A DNA stretch of 63,141 nt, filler included, from Licmophora abbreviata (Eukaryota): assembly GCA_900291995.1 (NCBI GenBank). It is 12 parts of 12 records of this genome, joined end to end, with 100 filler letters (N's around TTAATTAATTAA, not from the genome) between each part and the next. Parts side by side here need not be neighbours in the genome. Positions count along the whole stretch, not along the records: positions 1 to 10,966 come from OLMU01004382.1; 11 more parts are not named here. One strand, given 5' to 3'. The notes under the pieces are model-generated. The model did not search any database. It was not told the origin of the DNA and was given only the letters and a program-made list of their open reading frames with translations. Below, piece by piece: positions 1-11,066 of the stretch. The first letter of the stretch is position 1. Each line of letters opens with the position of its first letter. The translations under genes and the position numbers were made by a program.

Positions 1-141
1 ATCGTGCCGTGCTCCATCTTGAATCAAATCTGGTCGTCGTCGTCTGTCGTTCAACACTCATCTTAGAGAAAGTATGGCGGGAAGTCTCTTTTCGGAAACG
101 CAAAAAAAAGCGAACACTCTTGTCACACATTCACAACAAAG

Positions 142-1155
142 ATGATGATGAGTATACCCTCTGTCGACGAGATTCTATACTATGGTGTATGCTGTCTTTT
201 CCTAGGAGCCTGCTTTCTGCCTATGGTCTTCCCTCTGATTGCAGTTGGAGCTGTCTACTTTGGATTCTGGTGGTGTCGTGCCTTCTTGATGTTGGTCGTA
301 CTCGACTACCTCGTTCCACTCACACCCGGTCCAAGCGGGTATTGGCATGGATTCGACCAATTCTGGCGCATACCTGCAGGAGATCGCTTCTACCACGACG
401 CGGAAGTCATCGTGGAGGGCGACTATACTGGTATGAGGAACAAGAACTATTGCGTGGCTTCCTTCCCGCATGGCTTGTACGGGTTTGCCGTATTCTTGTT
501 GCGAGATCACTTTCAGCACCAGTGTGGTGCACACCTTTTCTTTGCGGGAGCCGATGTCATCTTTCGGACTCCTATTCTGCGTCGCCTCATGACGTGGTGG
601 GGGTGTACCAAGGTGTCTTACGAGGAAGTCATCAACTGTCTCGAGTTACCCTATCCTAACAATATCACGATGCTCATGCCAGATGGCGTGGCGGGTATGT
701 TTTACTCCTCGCAGGAGCACGAGCAGATACTTCTCGATCGGAGGCGAGGCTTCTGTCGAGTGGCACTGCAAACGGGGGCCTCGTTGGTACCAACGTACGT
801 GATGGGAGCCAATCAAATGTACCATCTCAAGGTCGGTCCCGATTCGGTTGCAGCCAAGCTCTCGTCCAAATTGCGCGTATCCTTTGTCTACTGGACGGGT
901 CGATGGGACGTTCCATTTGGCTTCATACCTTACAAGACCAAATTGATTGTCGTGTGTGGGCCACCGATCGACTGCGTGAAAACGAGGAACCCTACGCCAG
1001 AAGAGATCGAATCGCTGCACGACAAGTTCATACAGGAAATCAAGGGCGTATACGATCGACACAAGCATCGAATGGGTGACCAGTGGGCGCAACGTCACGA
1101 TAGACTGTACTTGGAAACGGAACATCCGTCGAAGAGATCCAACAAGCTTGACTAG
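142..1155 (+). CDS. DGAT2: Diacylglycerol/monoacylglycerol acyltransferase (DGAT2/DAGAT family)
   Basis: N-terminal hydrophobic TM block; FPHG (variant of HPHG), FRTPILR, RRGFCRVALQTGASLVPTYVMG, FGFIPY, VVCGPPI, ESLHDKF..YDRHK motifs typical of the DGAT2/MOGAT family; intronless. Confidence 0.88.
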   Translation: MMMSIPSVDEILYYGVCCLFLGACFLPMVFPLIAVGAVYFGFWWCRAFLMLVVLDYLVPLTPGPSGYWHGFDQFWRIPAGDRFYHDAEVIVEGDYTGMRNKNYCVASFPHGLYGFAVFLLRDHFQHQCGAHLFFAGADVIFRTPILRRLMTWWGCTKVSYEEVINCLELPYPNNITMLMPDGVAGMFYSSQEHEQILLDRRRGFCRVALQTGASLVPTYVMGANQMYHLKVGPDSVAAKLSSKLRVSFVYWTGRWDVPFGFIPYKTKLIVVCGPPIDCVKTRNPTPEEIESLHDKFIQEIKGVYDRHKHRMGDQWAQRHDRLYLETEHPSKRSNKLD

Positions 1156-1240
1156 AGGAAAAAGTAGCTACTCGTAGAGAAAACCAGAACTTCCTTGGTC
1201 ACAAAGGGACTCGACAGGGTAGGACGGTTGCCTGTTGATT

Positions 1241-1698
1241 TTAGCTCTTGTGAATTGCTCGCAAATCTTCGAGGCCTCCGGCATTTACAACTCGCGTGTA
1301 GCCTTTTTCCAACAGAGTCTCCTTGGCCTTGAGGGCACGGCGTCCGGAACGACAATGAATCACAATGGGGGCTACAGAAGAGGAAAGCATGTAGATACAA
1401 GGCTTACACTCCATGAGACGCAAAAACGAAACGCAGGATCCACACACACACACGCACGCACGCACGTACCATCCTTGTCAGGTACGACACTCTCTGGATT
1501 GCTCTCCAAGATGGGACAGGCGGTGGGAGTACAGCCCGACGAGACCCATGTCTTGTCGGTGGTGTGTTTGTCCTCGGCGATTTCTTCTGTTGTTCGGACA
1601 TCGAGAATCACGACGTTGGGTTCCGCAAGCAAGGTTTGGATATCTTCAATGCTGTCTAAGCCAAGTGCTTCCGCGCGAGCGACATAGTCAGAGGTCAT
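1241..1698 (-). CDS. Single-domain rhodanese/sulfurtransferase (2 exons: 1698-1470, 1371-1241)
   Basis: ILDVRTTEE and IVIHCRSGRRA..LLEKGY..V.NAGG rhodanese motifs are joined in frame by a GTACGT...TGTAG intron at 1469-1372. Confidence 0.88.
1441..1465. repeat. Compound (CA)n/(CGCA)n microsatellite inside the rhodanese intron
   Basis: cacacacacacacgcacgcacgcac read directly. Confidence 0.85.
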
Positions 1699-1970
1699 GA
1701 TGGTGATCGGGGATGGAGGGACAGTGTGTGGATGATGTGTGTGCGATGTTGTGCAATGCAACGTTTTCGTTCGGAGTTTTTCTTCAGTTTTGGCGCGCCA
1801 ATCGAGAGATTGCCCGAGGTTATGGGCTTATTGCGCGAGGTGCGCGCTGCCGCCCATTCCAGTAAGACCGGCGCCATTTTCGTGAGAGCGACGCCGATGC
1901 GCTTGTTCATTTGGAATGTGCGGTGACATTCCATGAGCAAACAGCGTCGCCTCTTTTGCTATACAAAAGT

Positions 1971-3257
1971 ATGCGGCTCGTGACGTTTTGGTTCTTCGCG
2001 TTGATCCAGGGATCCGCACAGGCAGCCTTTGGAGTGTCGCCGCGTCCGCCGTCGCTGATATCGTCACCTCGAACACTGCATCCTCGATGCAGGATGCGTG
2101 CTGATGCTGACAGTAGCATCGAGGATAGCAGCGGTATCCAAGATGCAGACGTGCTCGCATCCACATTGCGCTCTGTGACATTTGCTGAACTGGACAAGAG
2201 TCAGGAACCCATGCTGCTTTGTGAATTTTTGATGGAACTCGGAGCCTGCTCCACGAGCATCACGGATGCCGACAAGGACAAGCCCACGGAAGAGGCCATC
2301 TACGGGGAGCCTACTGCTGATTTCGACGATGATCCGTGGCAAAGTACCACAACACACGATGCTGCGGTGGTCTGTGGAGATGCTGCCGTTGGACGCAATG
2401 TCTGGAGGCGATGCAATGTGACGGCACACTTTCCTGCCTCGACGGATCTGCAGTTCGTGTCAGACATGGTGCGCGAGACGCTCGACTTGCCATTGGAATT
2501 CTCTACCGTAAATACGGTTCCGGATCGCGATTGGGTCGTGCACGTCCAACAGAGTTGGAAACCTATTCTTATTTCGGGACTTGTTTTGCGATTTCCGTGG
2601 CATTCGGATGACGACGTACGTGAGGTACTTGGGAATCTCAGTCCTAAAGATGTCGTCGAACTGCAGCTTGAGGGCGGAATTGCGTTTGGGACGGGAGAGC
2701 ACCCGACAACACAACTGTGCCTCGAATGGATTCAGAAACTACTACGAGACGACGACAGGAACGAAATTGTTAATTTCATGGACTATGGAGCAGGCTCTGG
2801 TGTGTTGGGACTGTCGGCATGCCAGTTGAGCGACGAGGTCATGGCCATCGGCGTCGACATTGACGTGGACGCTGTGCGCATTGCGAATGCCAATGCAGAA
2901 ACGAATGGCCTGTCTATGTTCAACTTTTTGCCACCCCTCGAAGAGACCGAAGACGGGGAGTCCAAAAGTGTCTTGATGAAGGCATATCAGAAAGATGCCG
3001 CAGCAGAGGTCCTACCCGAGAAGTCCAACGGGCCCATCTACGACGCCCTTGTCGCCAACATTCTGGCGGGACCGCTTGTGACTCTTGCTCCTACGCTTGC
3101 ATCTCTAGTTCGAGCAGGCGGTCACTTGGGTCTCAGTGGTATTCTGACTTCCCAATCAGACATGGTGATGATGGCGTACACTCAGTTCTTTGACGATCTC
3201 AAAGTTCAGGAGGAGCGAGGAGGATGGAGTTTGGTCACGGGGAGACGAAAACAGTGA
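1971..3257 (+). CDS. prmA: Ribosomal protein L11 methyltransferase, probably plastid-targeted
   Basis: DRDWV..VQQSWKP, GIAFGTGEHPTTQLCLEW, DYGAGSGVL (SAM motif I), GVDID, VANILAGPL, LSGIL; N-terminus MRLVTFWFFALIQGSAQA-AF resembles a bipartite plastid presequence. Confidence 0.92.
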   Translation: MRLVTFWFFALIQGSAQAAFGVSPRPPSLISSPRTLHPRCRMRADADSSIEDSSGIQDADVLASTLRSVTFAELDKSQEPMLLCEFLMELGACSTSITDADKDKPTEEAIYGEPTADFDDDPWQSTTTHDAAVVCGDAAVGRNVWRRCNVTAHFPASTDLQFVSDMVRETLDLPLEFSTVNTVPDRDWVVHVQQSWKPILISGLVLRFPWHSDDDVREVLGNLSPKDVVELQLEGGIAFGTGEHPTTQLCLEWIQKLLRDDDRNEIVNFMDYGAGSGVLGLSACQLSDEVMAIGVDIDVDAVRIANANAETNGLSMFNFLPPLEETEDGESKSVLMKAYQKDAAAEVLPEKSNGPIYDALVANILAGPLVTLAPTLASLVRAGGHLGLSGILTSQSDMVMMAYTQFFDDLKVQEERGGWSLVTGRRKQ

Positions 3258-3409
3258 AGAAAATTGCAGCTACCCCGGTTTATACATACGTCTACCATGA
3301 AACGCTATGCCATTGTGAAAGAATCCATGAAGGTCCGATTGACCCAATCGTCATCGATCGACATTGAGCCGAATGCAAACGTGAAGGAAAGCTCGCTCGC
3401 TCGGAAGAC

Positions 3410-6049
3410 TCAGCCTGGTCCCCCTTGCTCGTCCGTCTCAGATGAATTGGTCGCTGTAATTGTACTGTTCGAATCCTCCCTTGTGTCTTGTGGATCGACT
3501 TGCCCGTTTGAGGAGCCGAGGGCGTCCAGCAGAGTTAGGCAAGGCTCGTAGTATGCACAGAAGGTTTCTTGCGTGACACATGACTCTGGAAGAGATGTGT
3601 CTTGAAAGCAGCAGGTGCCTTCGAAACACAGTTTACCACACTCTAATTGACCTTCTGGTGACTTTGTTGCTTCTACAGAGCACATCCGTCCAATCTCGGT
3701 TTCGGTCTGATTGGTAGACGCCGTCCCATTCGTGTCTGATGAAGTCACGGGAGCTTCTGTGGGAGCCAGCGTTGCGTTGGGGAATGTTGTCTTCAACAAC
3801 TCGACGGACGTCGGTTCGGTCGATGGGCTCTCACTGTTGAGTATGCTACCGGAGGGCTTGAGCGTGGGAAATTCGCTCAGTCCCTCAGCAAGTGCTGCCG
3901 TCGGCGTCGGCGACCGTGAAGGCTCCGCGGGCGACGGTGCCGAGGTCCCATCTCCGCCTGTGATGTTTTCTGCTTGGAAACTGGTCGGCGCCACACTAGG
4001 AATCAATGTTGCAATCTCACGTGTTGAGTTTCCTCCTGTGTGACTAGTTGGCGACACACTGGGAGCTAACGTTGCGTTCTCACTTGGTGAGTTTCCACCT
4101 GTGTGACTATTTGGCGACGCACTGGGAGAAAACGTTGCATTCTCACTTGGTGAGATATCTCCCGTTTGGTTAAGGCTCGGGCTTGGCGACGCCGTCGGCC
4201 AAATCGATATCGAAGGTGCGCTCGTTGTAGGAGCCTGAGTAGTTTCCCAATAGAGGAGACACGGATGATACAACTCACAGGTCTGCGGATTGCTCGCGTA
4301 ACAATTGGTTGCTGTGTCATTCGCAAAACAGCATTCACCGGGCTGACACACAGCATCGCAAAGAAGAGGCCCCGTGGATGTTGACAAAACAACCTCCGAA
4401 CATCGGATGTTAATGTCAGTGTCTGGTGGATCGATTGTGGCTGTCTTACTCTCAGTTTGGTTTTCTGATCCGCTGAGCGGTACTTCATCCATGGATGCTG
4501 TCGCATTCGTATCGCCGGTATGGGAAGCATTAGACTGGCCATTCATCCGAACCAAGAGATTTTGACACGGAGCATAGAACGCACAAGTCAGAGCGTGTGA
4601 CATGATGCAGGATGTCTCCGACTGGGAATCAACGCAACACTGTCCCAACAAGCATTTTGCTGTGCATTCAACAAAACCAACTTGTGTGTCCAGAGACGTT
4701 TCTGAACATACCCCATCTAGACTCGTTTCCGGAAATGGTGGAGTCGACGTCTCTGTCACGTTTTGTCGTTGAAACGCGTCAACCACAATCGGTGTCAAGC
4801 AGGGAGCGTAAGCGGCACACTGCTGTGGATTCGTCTCAAAGCATGATGGCGATGTCGTGCTTAAATTGGCAAGAATCGACAGTGCCGACGAGAAACAACA
4901 GTACCCATCGTAGCATGCATCAGAACACTCTTGTACCCCGCCACTTGTCTCCAAAGTGTCATTCCCGCATGTACTTGTCAGATTCGTCGGCGCTTCCGCT
5001 ATGCTGCTATTGTTGGTCTCATGAGGCAACACTCCGTAGAACACATTACACAGGGGACTGTATAATCTACACTCCATATCGCGACTTTCAAAACACGATA
5101 GATCTGAACTGACATTTCTGAAATAGCAACACTCCATGGTTCGACATATCGCTTCGCATTCCATCATGCCCCAGATCGAGCCAATTACATTTTCCCGTGA
5201 GCATACTTCCTCAAATCGCAGAGGCGGTCCGGGCGTAGTTGTATTAGTGGTGTTACTCGGTGTGCTTGTCCCGTCATCTTGAGTTGGGTTCGGATCAGCA
5301 ATAGGGGCACCCGTCGGCGAAGTCGGGGCGACCGTCTGATTAGAGTCGGTCGCATTGGTATTGTTGTTCTCATTGCCGTCAAATATCCAGAACCCGTACT
5401 GAGCATGTAGCCAATAAACCAGTCCACCCATGCACCCAAGAAAAATGAATGACAGTAGTAAAATGATGCGTCTCTTGCGTATCTTTGTCATTCTCTTAGA
5501 TGGAAATGCTCTTTGATTGCGAAATCGCTTCCAAAACGGCGTGTCGGTTGTATTTTGACCAAACACATCTGTATCTTGGTATTCATCATTAAACGGAATT
5601 ATATGTCCATCTGGATCATCTTCGTCCTCCTCATCGCGACTATAGATGGGCCGCAAAGCCAGTTGACTGGGATTCACCAAGTCATGCTGGGGGCTACTCA
5701 GCTGCTGACGACGGCTGGATACGAACGATGACGAAACTTGTGTCGAGACGGTACTTCGACGATCTTGCCTCTCAGAACCTGATTGGCGGCTCTCATCCCC
5801 TACAGCTCGTGCTCCTATATCGGAAAGTGAGTATTCATCGGTCCAGTCATGCATGCCGGAATCTTGGGATCGGATGTGCTGGGCTCCGATGGAGGAGCGT
5901 CTTGATGATGAGTAGTTTGTGTCATTGGTCTCTTGATATCGTCTCGATCTTCCACTACTATCATATGTGGCTGACTTGACAGGATATCTAGCATCGTAAT
6001 CATCGGACGACGTTTGTCGTGGCGGCGGCTCGTACGATGCTCTTTTCAT
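3410..6049 (-). CDS. Type II single-pass membrane protein with five 8-Cys repeats and Ser/Thr/Pro-rich stalks
   Basis: Long ORF; basic stretch KIRKRR followed by one TM helix; five C-x14-C-x3-C-x4-CC...C...C-x2-Y-x-PC repeats; many NxS/T sequons; start Met (MKRAS) inferred. Confidence 0.8.
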   Translation of the reverse strand: MKRASYEPPPRQTSSDDYDARYPVKSATYDSSGRSRRYQETNDTNYSSSRRSSIGAQHIRSQDSGMHDWTDEYSLSDIGARAVGDESRQSGSERQDRRSTVSTQVSSSFVSSRRQQLSSPQHDLVNPSQLALRPIYSRDEEDEDDPDGHIIPFNDEYQDTDVFGQNTTDTPFWKRFRNQRAFPSKRMTKIRKRRIILLLSFIFLGCMGGLVYWLHAQYGFWIFDGNENNNTNATDSNQTVAPTSPTGAPIADPNPTQDDGTSTPSNTTNTTTPGPPLRFEEVCSRENVIGSIWGMMECEAICRTMECCYFRNVSSDLSCFESRDMECRLYSPLCNVFYGVLPHETNNSSIAEAPTNLTSTCGNDTLETSGGVQECSDACYDGYCCFSSALSILANLSTTSPSCFETNPQQCAAYAPCLTPIVVDAFQRQNVTETSTPPFPETSLDGVCSETSLDTQVGFVECTAKCLLGQCCVDSQSETSCIMSHALTCAFYAPCQNLLVRMNGQSNASHTGDTNATASMDEVPLSGSENQTESKTATIDPPDTDINIRCSEVVLSTSTGPLLCDAVCQPGECCFANDTATNCYASNPQTCELYHPCLLYWETTQAPTTSAPSISIWPTASPSPSLNQTGDISPSENATFSPSASPNSHTGGNSPSENATLAPSVSPTSHTGGNSTREIATLIPSVAPTSFQAENITGGDGTSAPSPAEPSRSPTPTAALAEGLSEFPTLKPSGSILNSESPSTEPTSVELLKTTFPNATLAPTEAPVTSSDTNGTASTNQTETEIGRMCSVEATKSPEGQLECGKLCFEGTCCFQDTSLPESCVTQETFCAYYEPCLTLLDALGSSNGQVDPQDTREDSNSTITATNSSETDEQGGPG
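3981..4168. repeat. 63-bp coding tandem repeat, about 3 copies (SPSENATxxPSxSPxSHTGGN)
   Basis: Units starting gttgc at 4008, 4071 and 4134 are highly similar. Confidence 0.88.
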
Positions 6050-6464
6050 GGTCAGTCGGCAAATTGTGAGCATAAATTCGAGAGCCGGCAAAGGCGAATG
6101 ACACGAATGGGTCATTACGACACTTAATATAAATGACCACTGATACCTTCGAGATAATGACCGATTCGTGCGCGGACGTTCACAAGCTGAACAACTCAAG
6201 GTGTAAGTCTCAGTCCGGACTGCATTGAGTCTGCAGGCCACATTGCATTGGTTCGTCACTAGAACTCTAGAGTGCGAGTCAGAAAAACATGGCGTGGTTT
6301 ATGTTAGAGGTAGTAGGCGTATGACAAGTTAGTTAATTCCGTGTGAAGAATACCAGTTGTGGTTTGCCATCCATGAAAGCGAATCAAGTTCTAGAGTAGA
6401 GAGACTGTAGTGTAACTACTAATAGTCGTGTGTACAAGCATGAGTCAGGCCTTGAGGCTTTGCT

Positions 6465-9400
6465 CTATCGCGCTTGCGAGTCGCGACTACTTTCCACTCC
6501 GGGAGACGTCTTTGGGAAGTACACATCCCCGCGACGGAGCTTGGCGTTCAGAGACGGCTCTGCGTATGACGCTGGTTGCTTGGTGACACGGCGTTGCTTA
6601 ATTGACTCCATGTACCGAGCTGCGGCAGAAGATGATGCAGCAGACCCATCGCCTTCTGGCGCTCCTCCGGTAGCCATAGCATCGAGAGCACGGCTTTCGG
6701 CATTCATAGACGCTGACGCCAACCTGTCCTGAAGCGAACTTGAAGACGTTAAGGGAGCTTCGCCACCAGCCTTTCTCGAAGAGCGACCATTTTGGCTAGC
6801 CACGATTCGCGCTGAACGATTCATCCGAAAGGAGCTCTCCTCTTCATCTGACGGAAGAGTGTTCCCATCCCGTTCGGCTGGCGATGGACGATGGGGTCTT
6901 CCACTTCTACTATCCGCCACGGATCCAGACAGAGCTTTACCTACCTGTTGGCTCGGGGATCTCGACCTATACGATCTCTGTGAATTAGACGTAGACTCAT
7001 CCAAAGTACCACGTTCTTTCTCCCTTCGCTGCTGCAGCCTCTTTAGAACCATACTTGGGCTATTCATCGAAACCTTGGCCCCCTCTTCATCATCACCTGA
7101 AAATGACGACGTCACTGAACCATCTTCGCTATTTCGATCCCTCGAGCTCTGGCTTCGTCCGCCAAATTCACCACGAGGATTCAGCGCCCGTTCATAGCGG
7201 GCTCGAGCAGAAGAGGGAATAGTCTTTTCCGGGCGCTCTGGATGTCCCATGGAGCTCGCTGGGCTCTTGTGTGACGACTGAGGAGGCGTGTGATATTGCT
7301 CGCGAGTTTTGCTTCGGCCAGTGAGACTTGGAGAAATTGATCGCTCTGATCTGTCATAGCTCGACGGCAACTCCGTCACATCCCCCCGACGACGAGTACC
7401 AGCCGTCGACTTGCCCAGATGCTCCTCGTCTTCAATCTTTTGTCGTTGTCGGTTCAGAATCGTCGATAGTGCAGGAGAGGCAGACGGAGATGGCCCGGAA
7501 GGAGAAGGTGCGCGAGGAGCTGATCCACCTTCTTTCAAGCGATCTCTTCCTTCCAAGGCTCGGGGAGTCGTCGTCACAGGAGACCGCTCGCGAATGTTTT
7601 TCGAGACAGGTGAACTCTCACGTACGCTATTGGAAACGAGCGTTCGCTCTCGAGACGTGTTCGATACATCAGCGCTCCCACTGCCACCATTGCGCGACGA
7701 CCAGTGTGCGCTATCATCATGACCGCTTTGATCGCCGGCGACGCGAGAAGTCAGAGCGCTTCCAGTCGATGGTGGCTTCGCTGGGCTCGCGACGAACGGA
7801 TTATAAAGTTCCGAGGGTGGTTTCTGTGCCTGCTGACGAGCCTCGTCCGACGGGGATGTGTTGCTGAAGCTCTCGGGAAAGGCGGTACTAAAAGATGCCT
7901 CGAAGGCGTCAATACTGCTGAGCTTCTTGTTCGCTGCTTCCCGAGCATTTGACACAACAGATGCCTCCGCATCGTCATCCTGCTGCTCTTCAATATCTTC
8001 GACTGCAGGCATGCGCCTCTCGTGATGAATGCTAGAAGGAGTAATGTCTGCCGGGAACTCATCGTTGTAGTTGTGCCTCTTTGTTACATGCGGAGACGCC
8101 GAGTTCGGGAAGAATCCTGATCCCGGGAGCTTTTCGTCCATGGGACGCGAGGAACTCGTTGCCGCGGTGGCACTCATTCCACTCATCCCGCTCATTCCAC
8201 TCAATCCACTTTGCTCCGATCCAGTCGAGTGATTTGAAGGCGATGACAGCTGTGAGTCGCCAGTTGCCTTTGTTGGCGACGCCAACGACGCCGAAGGACG
8301 CTTGGACGTGGCAAAGCCTGCAAAGAAATCTTCTTCATGGAGAGAGTCTTCATCCTCGCCATTGATATCATCATTACTCGGCGGAGGGGGAGGCGGCGCA
8401 TGCACTGCCAAGATACGATCCATTCGGTCCAATTCGACAGCGACGCTGGTCGAAGACGGACCGTTGTCGTCGCGTGCCAAGCTCGACAGCTCCGGTTCGT
8501 CTACAGATTCAGTGTCCGAGACGTTGGAGACGTTTCTTTACCCAAGACAGAGAGAGAGAGAGAGGAAGGCAATGAGATCAGAAAGACTGTATCAAAGTCT
8601 AGTTTGTCAGCGATTGGCTTGCCAAGCTGTGGAGCTACGTACCGGTGCAGCTCTCTCTGCTTTGCCAAGGCTTGCGCCGCTCTCTTTTGGTGCATCGCTA
8701 GCTCTTTCTTTAACATGGCTACATGACTCATCGCTTCCCGACAACGTGAAGCCAGGTTCATCTGGAGTGTTTTCGTTACGCAGGATCGTGAACGATCGTG
8801 TGAGCATGTATCATAGGACAGCGCACAGAGGGAAAAGTGACCCGAAAGTACATATCGACTCTATCGATCCATCAATCCATCCTCACTTACATTTTCCATT
8901 GTGAGTCTCGTCACATTTTTGGTTTCATCTCGATGGCGCACTCTCAATTCGCTCTGCAGAAGGAAAGAGCAAGGGGCGACAAAGTCTGTGAGCAAGCATA
9001 CTTGAATTATTGCAACAGGTAGCTTTGGCGCCGGTTCCCTCGTAACAAGAACACATCTTCCTTCCAGGAACCAGACGGTCCCGGCTAAACAAATCGCATC
9101 GTCTTGTTTCGTCCTGAAAATGTCGTTTCTTCATCTCTCTGTACCGACACCACCTCTCCAAGACCATTTTGAGCACCCAGACCGATAACAGAAAGCCTGC
9201 AAAACCTGTAGCAGGTTGCCAAGTCAGCATGGACCATCTCCCGGCTCCGACCTCCGAGTCTTCGAGTTCGTTCCATTTTCGTATTCCAGTAATGTCACTA
9301 GACTACAAAAAAGGCACACGTACCAATTCCTTTGCCAGCCGATAGTTTTTCGCGGTCAGAGCAGCTTCTTCTGGCGTTTGCTTTCGTCTTTGTGTACTCT

Positions 9401-9494
9401 CCGAATGGTGTGAAGAGTCATTGTTTAAATCTTGCTGGTGCGGCTGCTGCTTTCGTCGCGAGCCACGCTTCAGGCCCCCCGCTGCTTTCCTCAT
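6465..9494 (-). CDS. SGO: Shugoshin-like centromeric cohesion protector (4 exons: 9494-9324, 8953-8891, 8761-8643, ~8535-6465)
   Basis: C-terminal SGO motif RRVTKQPASYAEPSLNAKLRRGDVYF; N-terminal coiled coil (LTAKNYRLAKEL-SELRVRHRDETKNVTRLTMEN-MNLASRCREAMSHVAMLKKEL) assembled by GT-AG introns; long disordered Ser-rich middle. Confidence 0.8.
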
Positions 9495-9908
9495 GGTCGC
9501 GTCTTGCTTCTGTTTTGGGAGGATGACTTGCTCGCTGTGGTCACGCGGTGCTGTGCGGCCCCAAATCGAAAATGTCTCTACTCTTTGAACGACTAAAATT
9601 TTGAGAGCATCGGCAGGCGGGCGTCTTCTGCATAAGTAATAGTAGCATTGAATTATGTATGGGCTTGATCATCTGTATTGACCAGCCAGCGCGCACGTTT
9701 CAAAAGTCGCGCATGACGGCGTGAGGTGCGCCGTCCGCTCTCGCGCGCCAAAAACCTGAGAGGATGCTTTCTGCTGTTGTGCGGTGTGTTATTGCGGTGT
9801 CGGCGAAAATGATAGACTTGAAACTTGACACTTCCCCTTTCGAGGCTCTCGAGATCGAAAGCATCGTTTGATAGTTCGGCGACCTTCCTAGCGACAACAC
9901 TCGTCTGC

Positions 9909-10966
9909 ATGAATCGAACTCGCAGTGCCAAAAAGACAAGCAGAAAAGACGGAAACTGTATCTTCAAAGTAGTTCTGTGCGCCATGGCTACGACTCTACT
10001 CTTTGCCAGTGGCCGAAGATTCTCTTGCTGCGCATTTCAGCAGACACATCGAATGCGGTCTTCCCTTTTGTGCCATTCTCTTAAATCCCATCAGCTGGAA
10101 TATTTGACTCGCCAACTTTCTTCTGTTGCCCTAGACATGACCTCCGATGACGACGATTCCGAGGAAGCACCACCACTCTACGATCCCTCGGAACTCTTCA
10201 ATGGCACGATCCCTTACCCAAAGTCTCTCTCGCCCTCGGCCATAATGGAATTCAAAAAGTGTCCCCAGTCCTTTTTATTTCAGTACCTGTACGGACTCCG
10301 GCAGCCCACCTCTCCAGTCTTGGCCAAGGGAAGCATGTGCCACGAAGCGCTCGAAAAGATTTTCGACCTCGAACCGGAAGATCGCACCCTCGAACACTTG
10401 CAAAACCTGTTCCGCTCCAGCTGGAGCGAGCATCGCACCCGTGACACCTACAAGGACTTGTTTGGGACACACCCAGACAATGCCGAAGATTGGGACATGC
10501 AAGGAGAACGGCAGTGGGGACAAGAAGGGCTGCAGCTGTTGGAAAACTATTGTCGCGTGGAAGACCCGCGACTCATTGCGCGACCCAATCCCATGCAACG
10601 GGAAGTATGGGTACGAGCCGATCTTTCGCTCGACCCGACTCAAGGTGCGACAGGACATGCTGCAGCGAATAGCGCTGTCGCAGGAGGGTCGCACCTGGTG
10701 TCCGATGCAACTACTACCGATAGTACGGCGACATTTCATGTCCGCGGCATTGTCGATCGCCTCGACATGGTAAAAGTCTCCAAGGGGGAAGTGGCCTTGC
10801 GTGTGGTGGACTACAAGACTGGAAAGGCGCCGAATTTCAAGTATTCGGCTGCCATGAATGAAAAGATCGCCACGGAAGCCTTTTTTCAACTCAAGATATA
10901 CGCCCTGCTTTTGAGGGAGAAGAGTGAAAAGAACAAGTCGAATGGGTTGGATCTACGAATGTTGCG
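9909..10966 (+). CDS. PD-(D/E)XK nuclease, RecB-like exonuclease family, with putative organelle presequence; 3' truncated by contig end
   Basis: SLSPSAIMEFKKCP, KGSMCHEALE, VRGIVDRLD, VVDYKTGK, FQLKIYALL motifs; start codon uncertain (9909 or 9984). Confidence 0.85.
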
Positions 10967-11066
10967 NNNNNNNNNNNNNNNNNNNNNNNNNNNNNNNNNN
11001 NNNNNNNNNNTTAATTAATTAANNNNNNNNNNNNNNNNNNNNNNNNNNNNNNNNNNNNNNNNNNNN
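10967..11066. other. Artificial contig linker (44N-TTAATTAATTAA-44N)
   Basis: Identical 100-bp spacer with stops in all six frames, present 11 times in the window. Confidence 0.98.

Noticed and set aside
10200..10966. Cas4 / CRISPR-associated locus
   Set aside because: No cas genes or repeat-spacer array; eukaryotic context; better explained as a standalone PD-(D/E)XK nuclease
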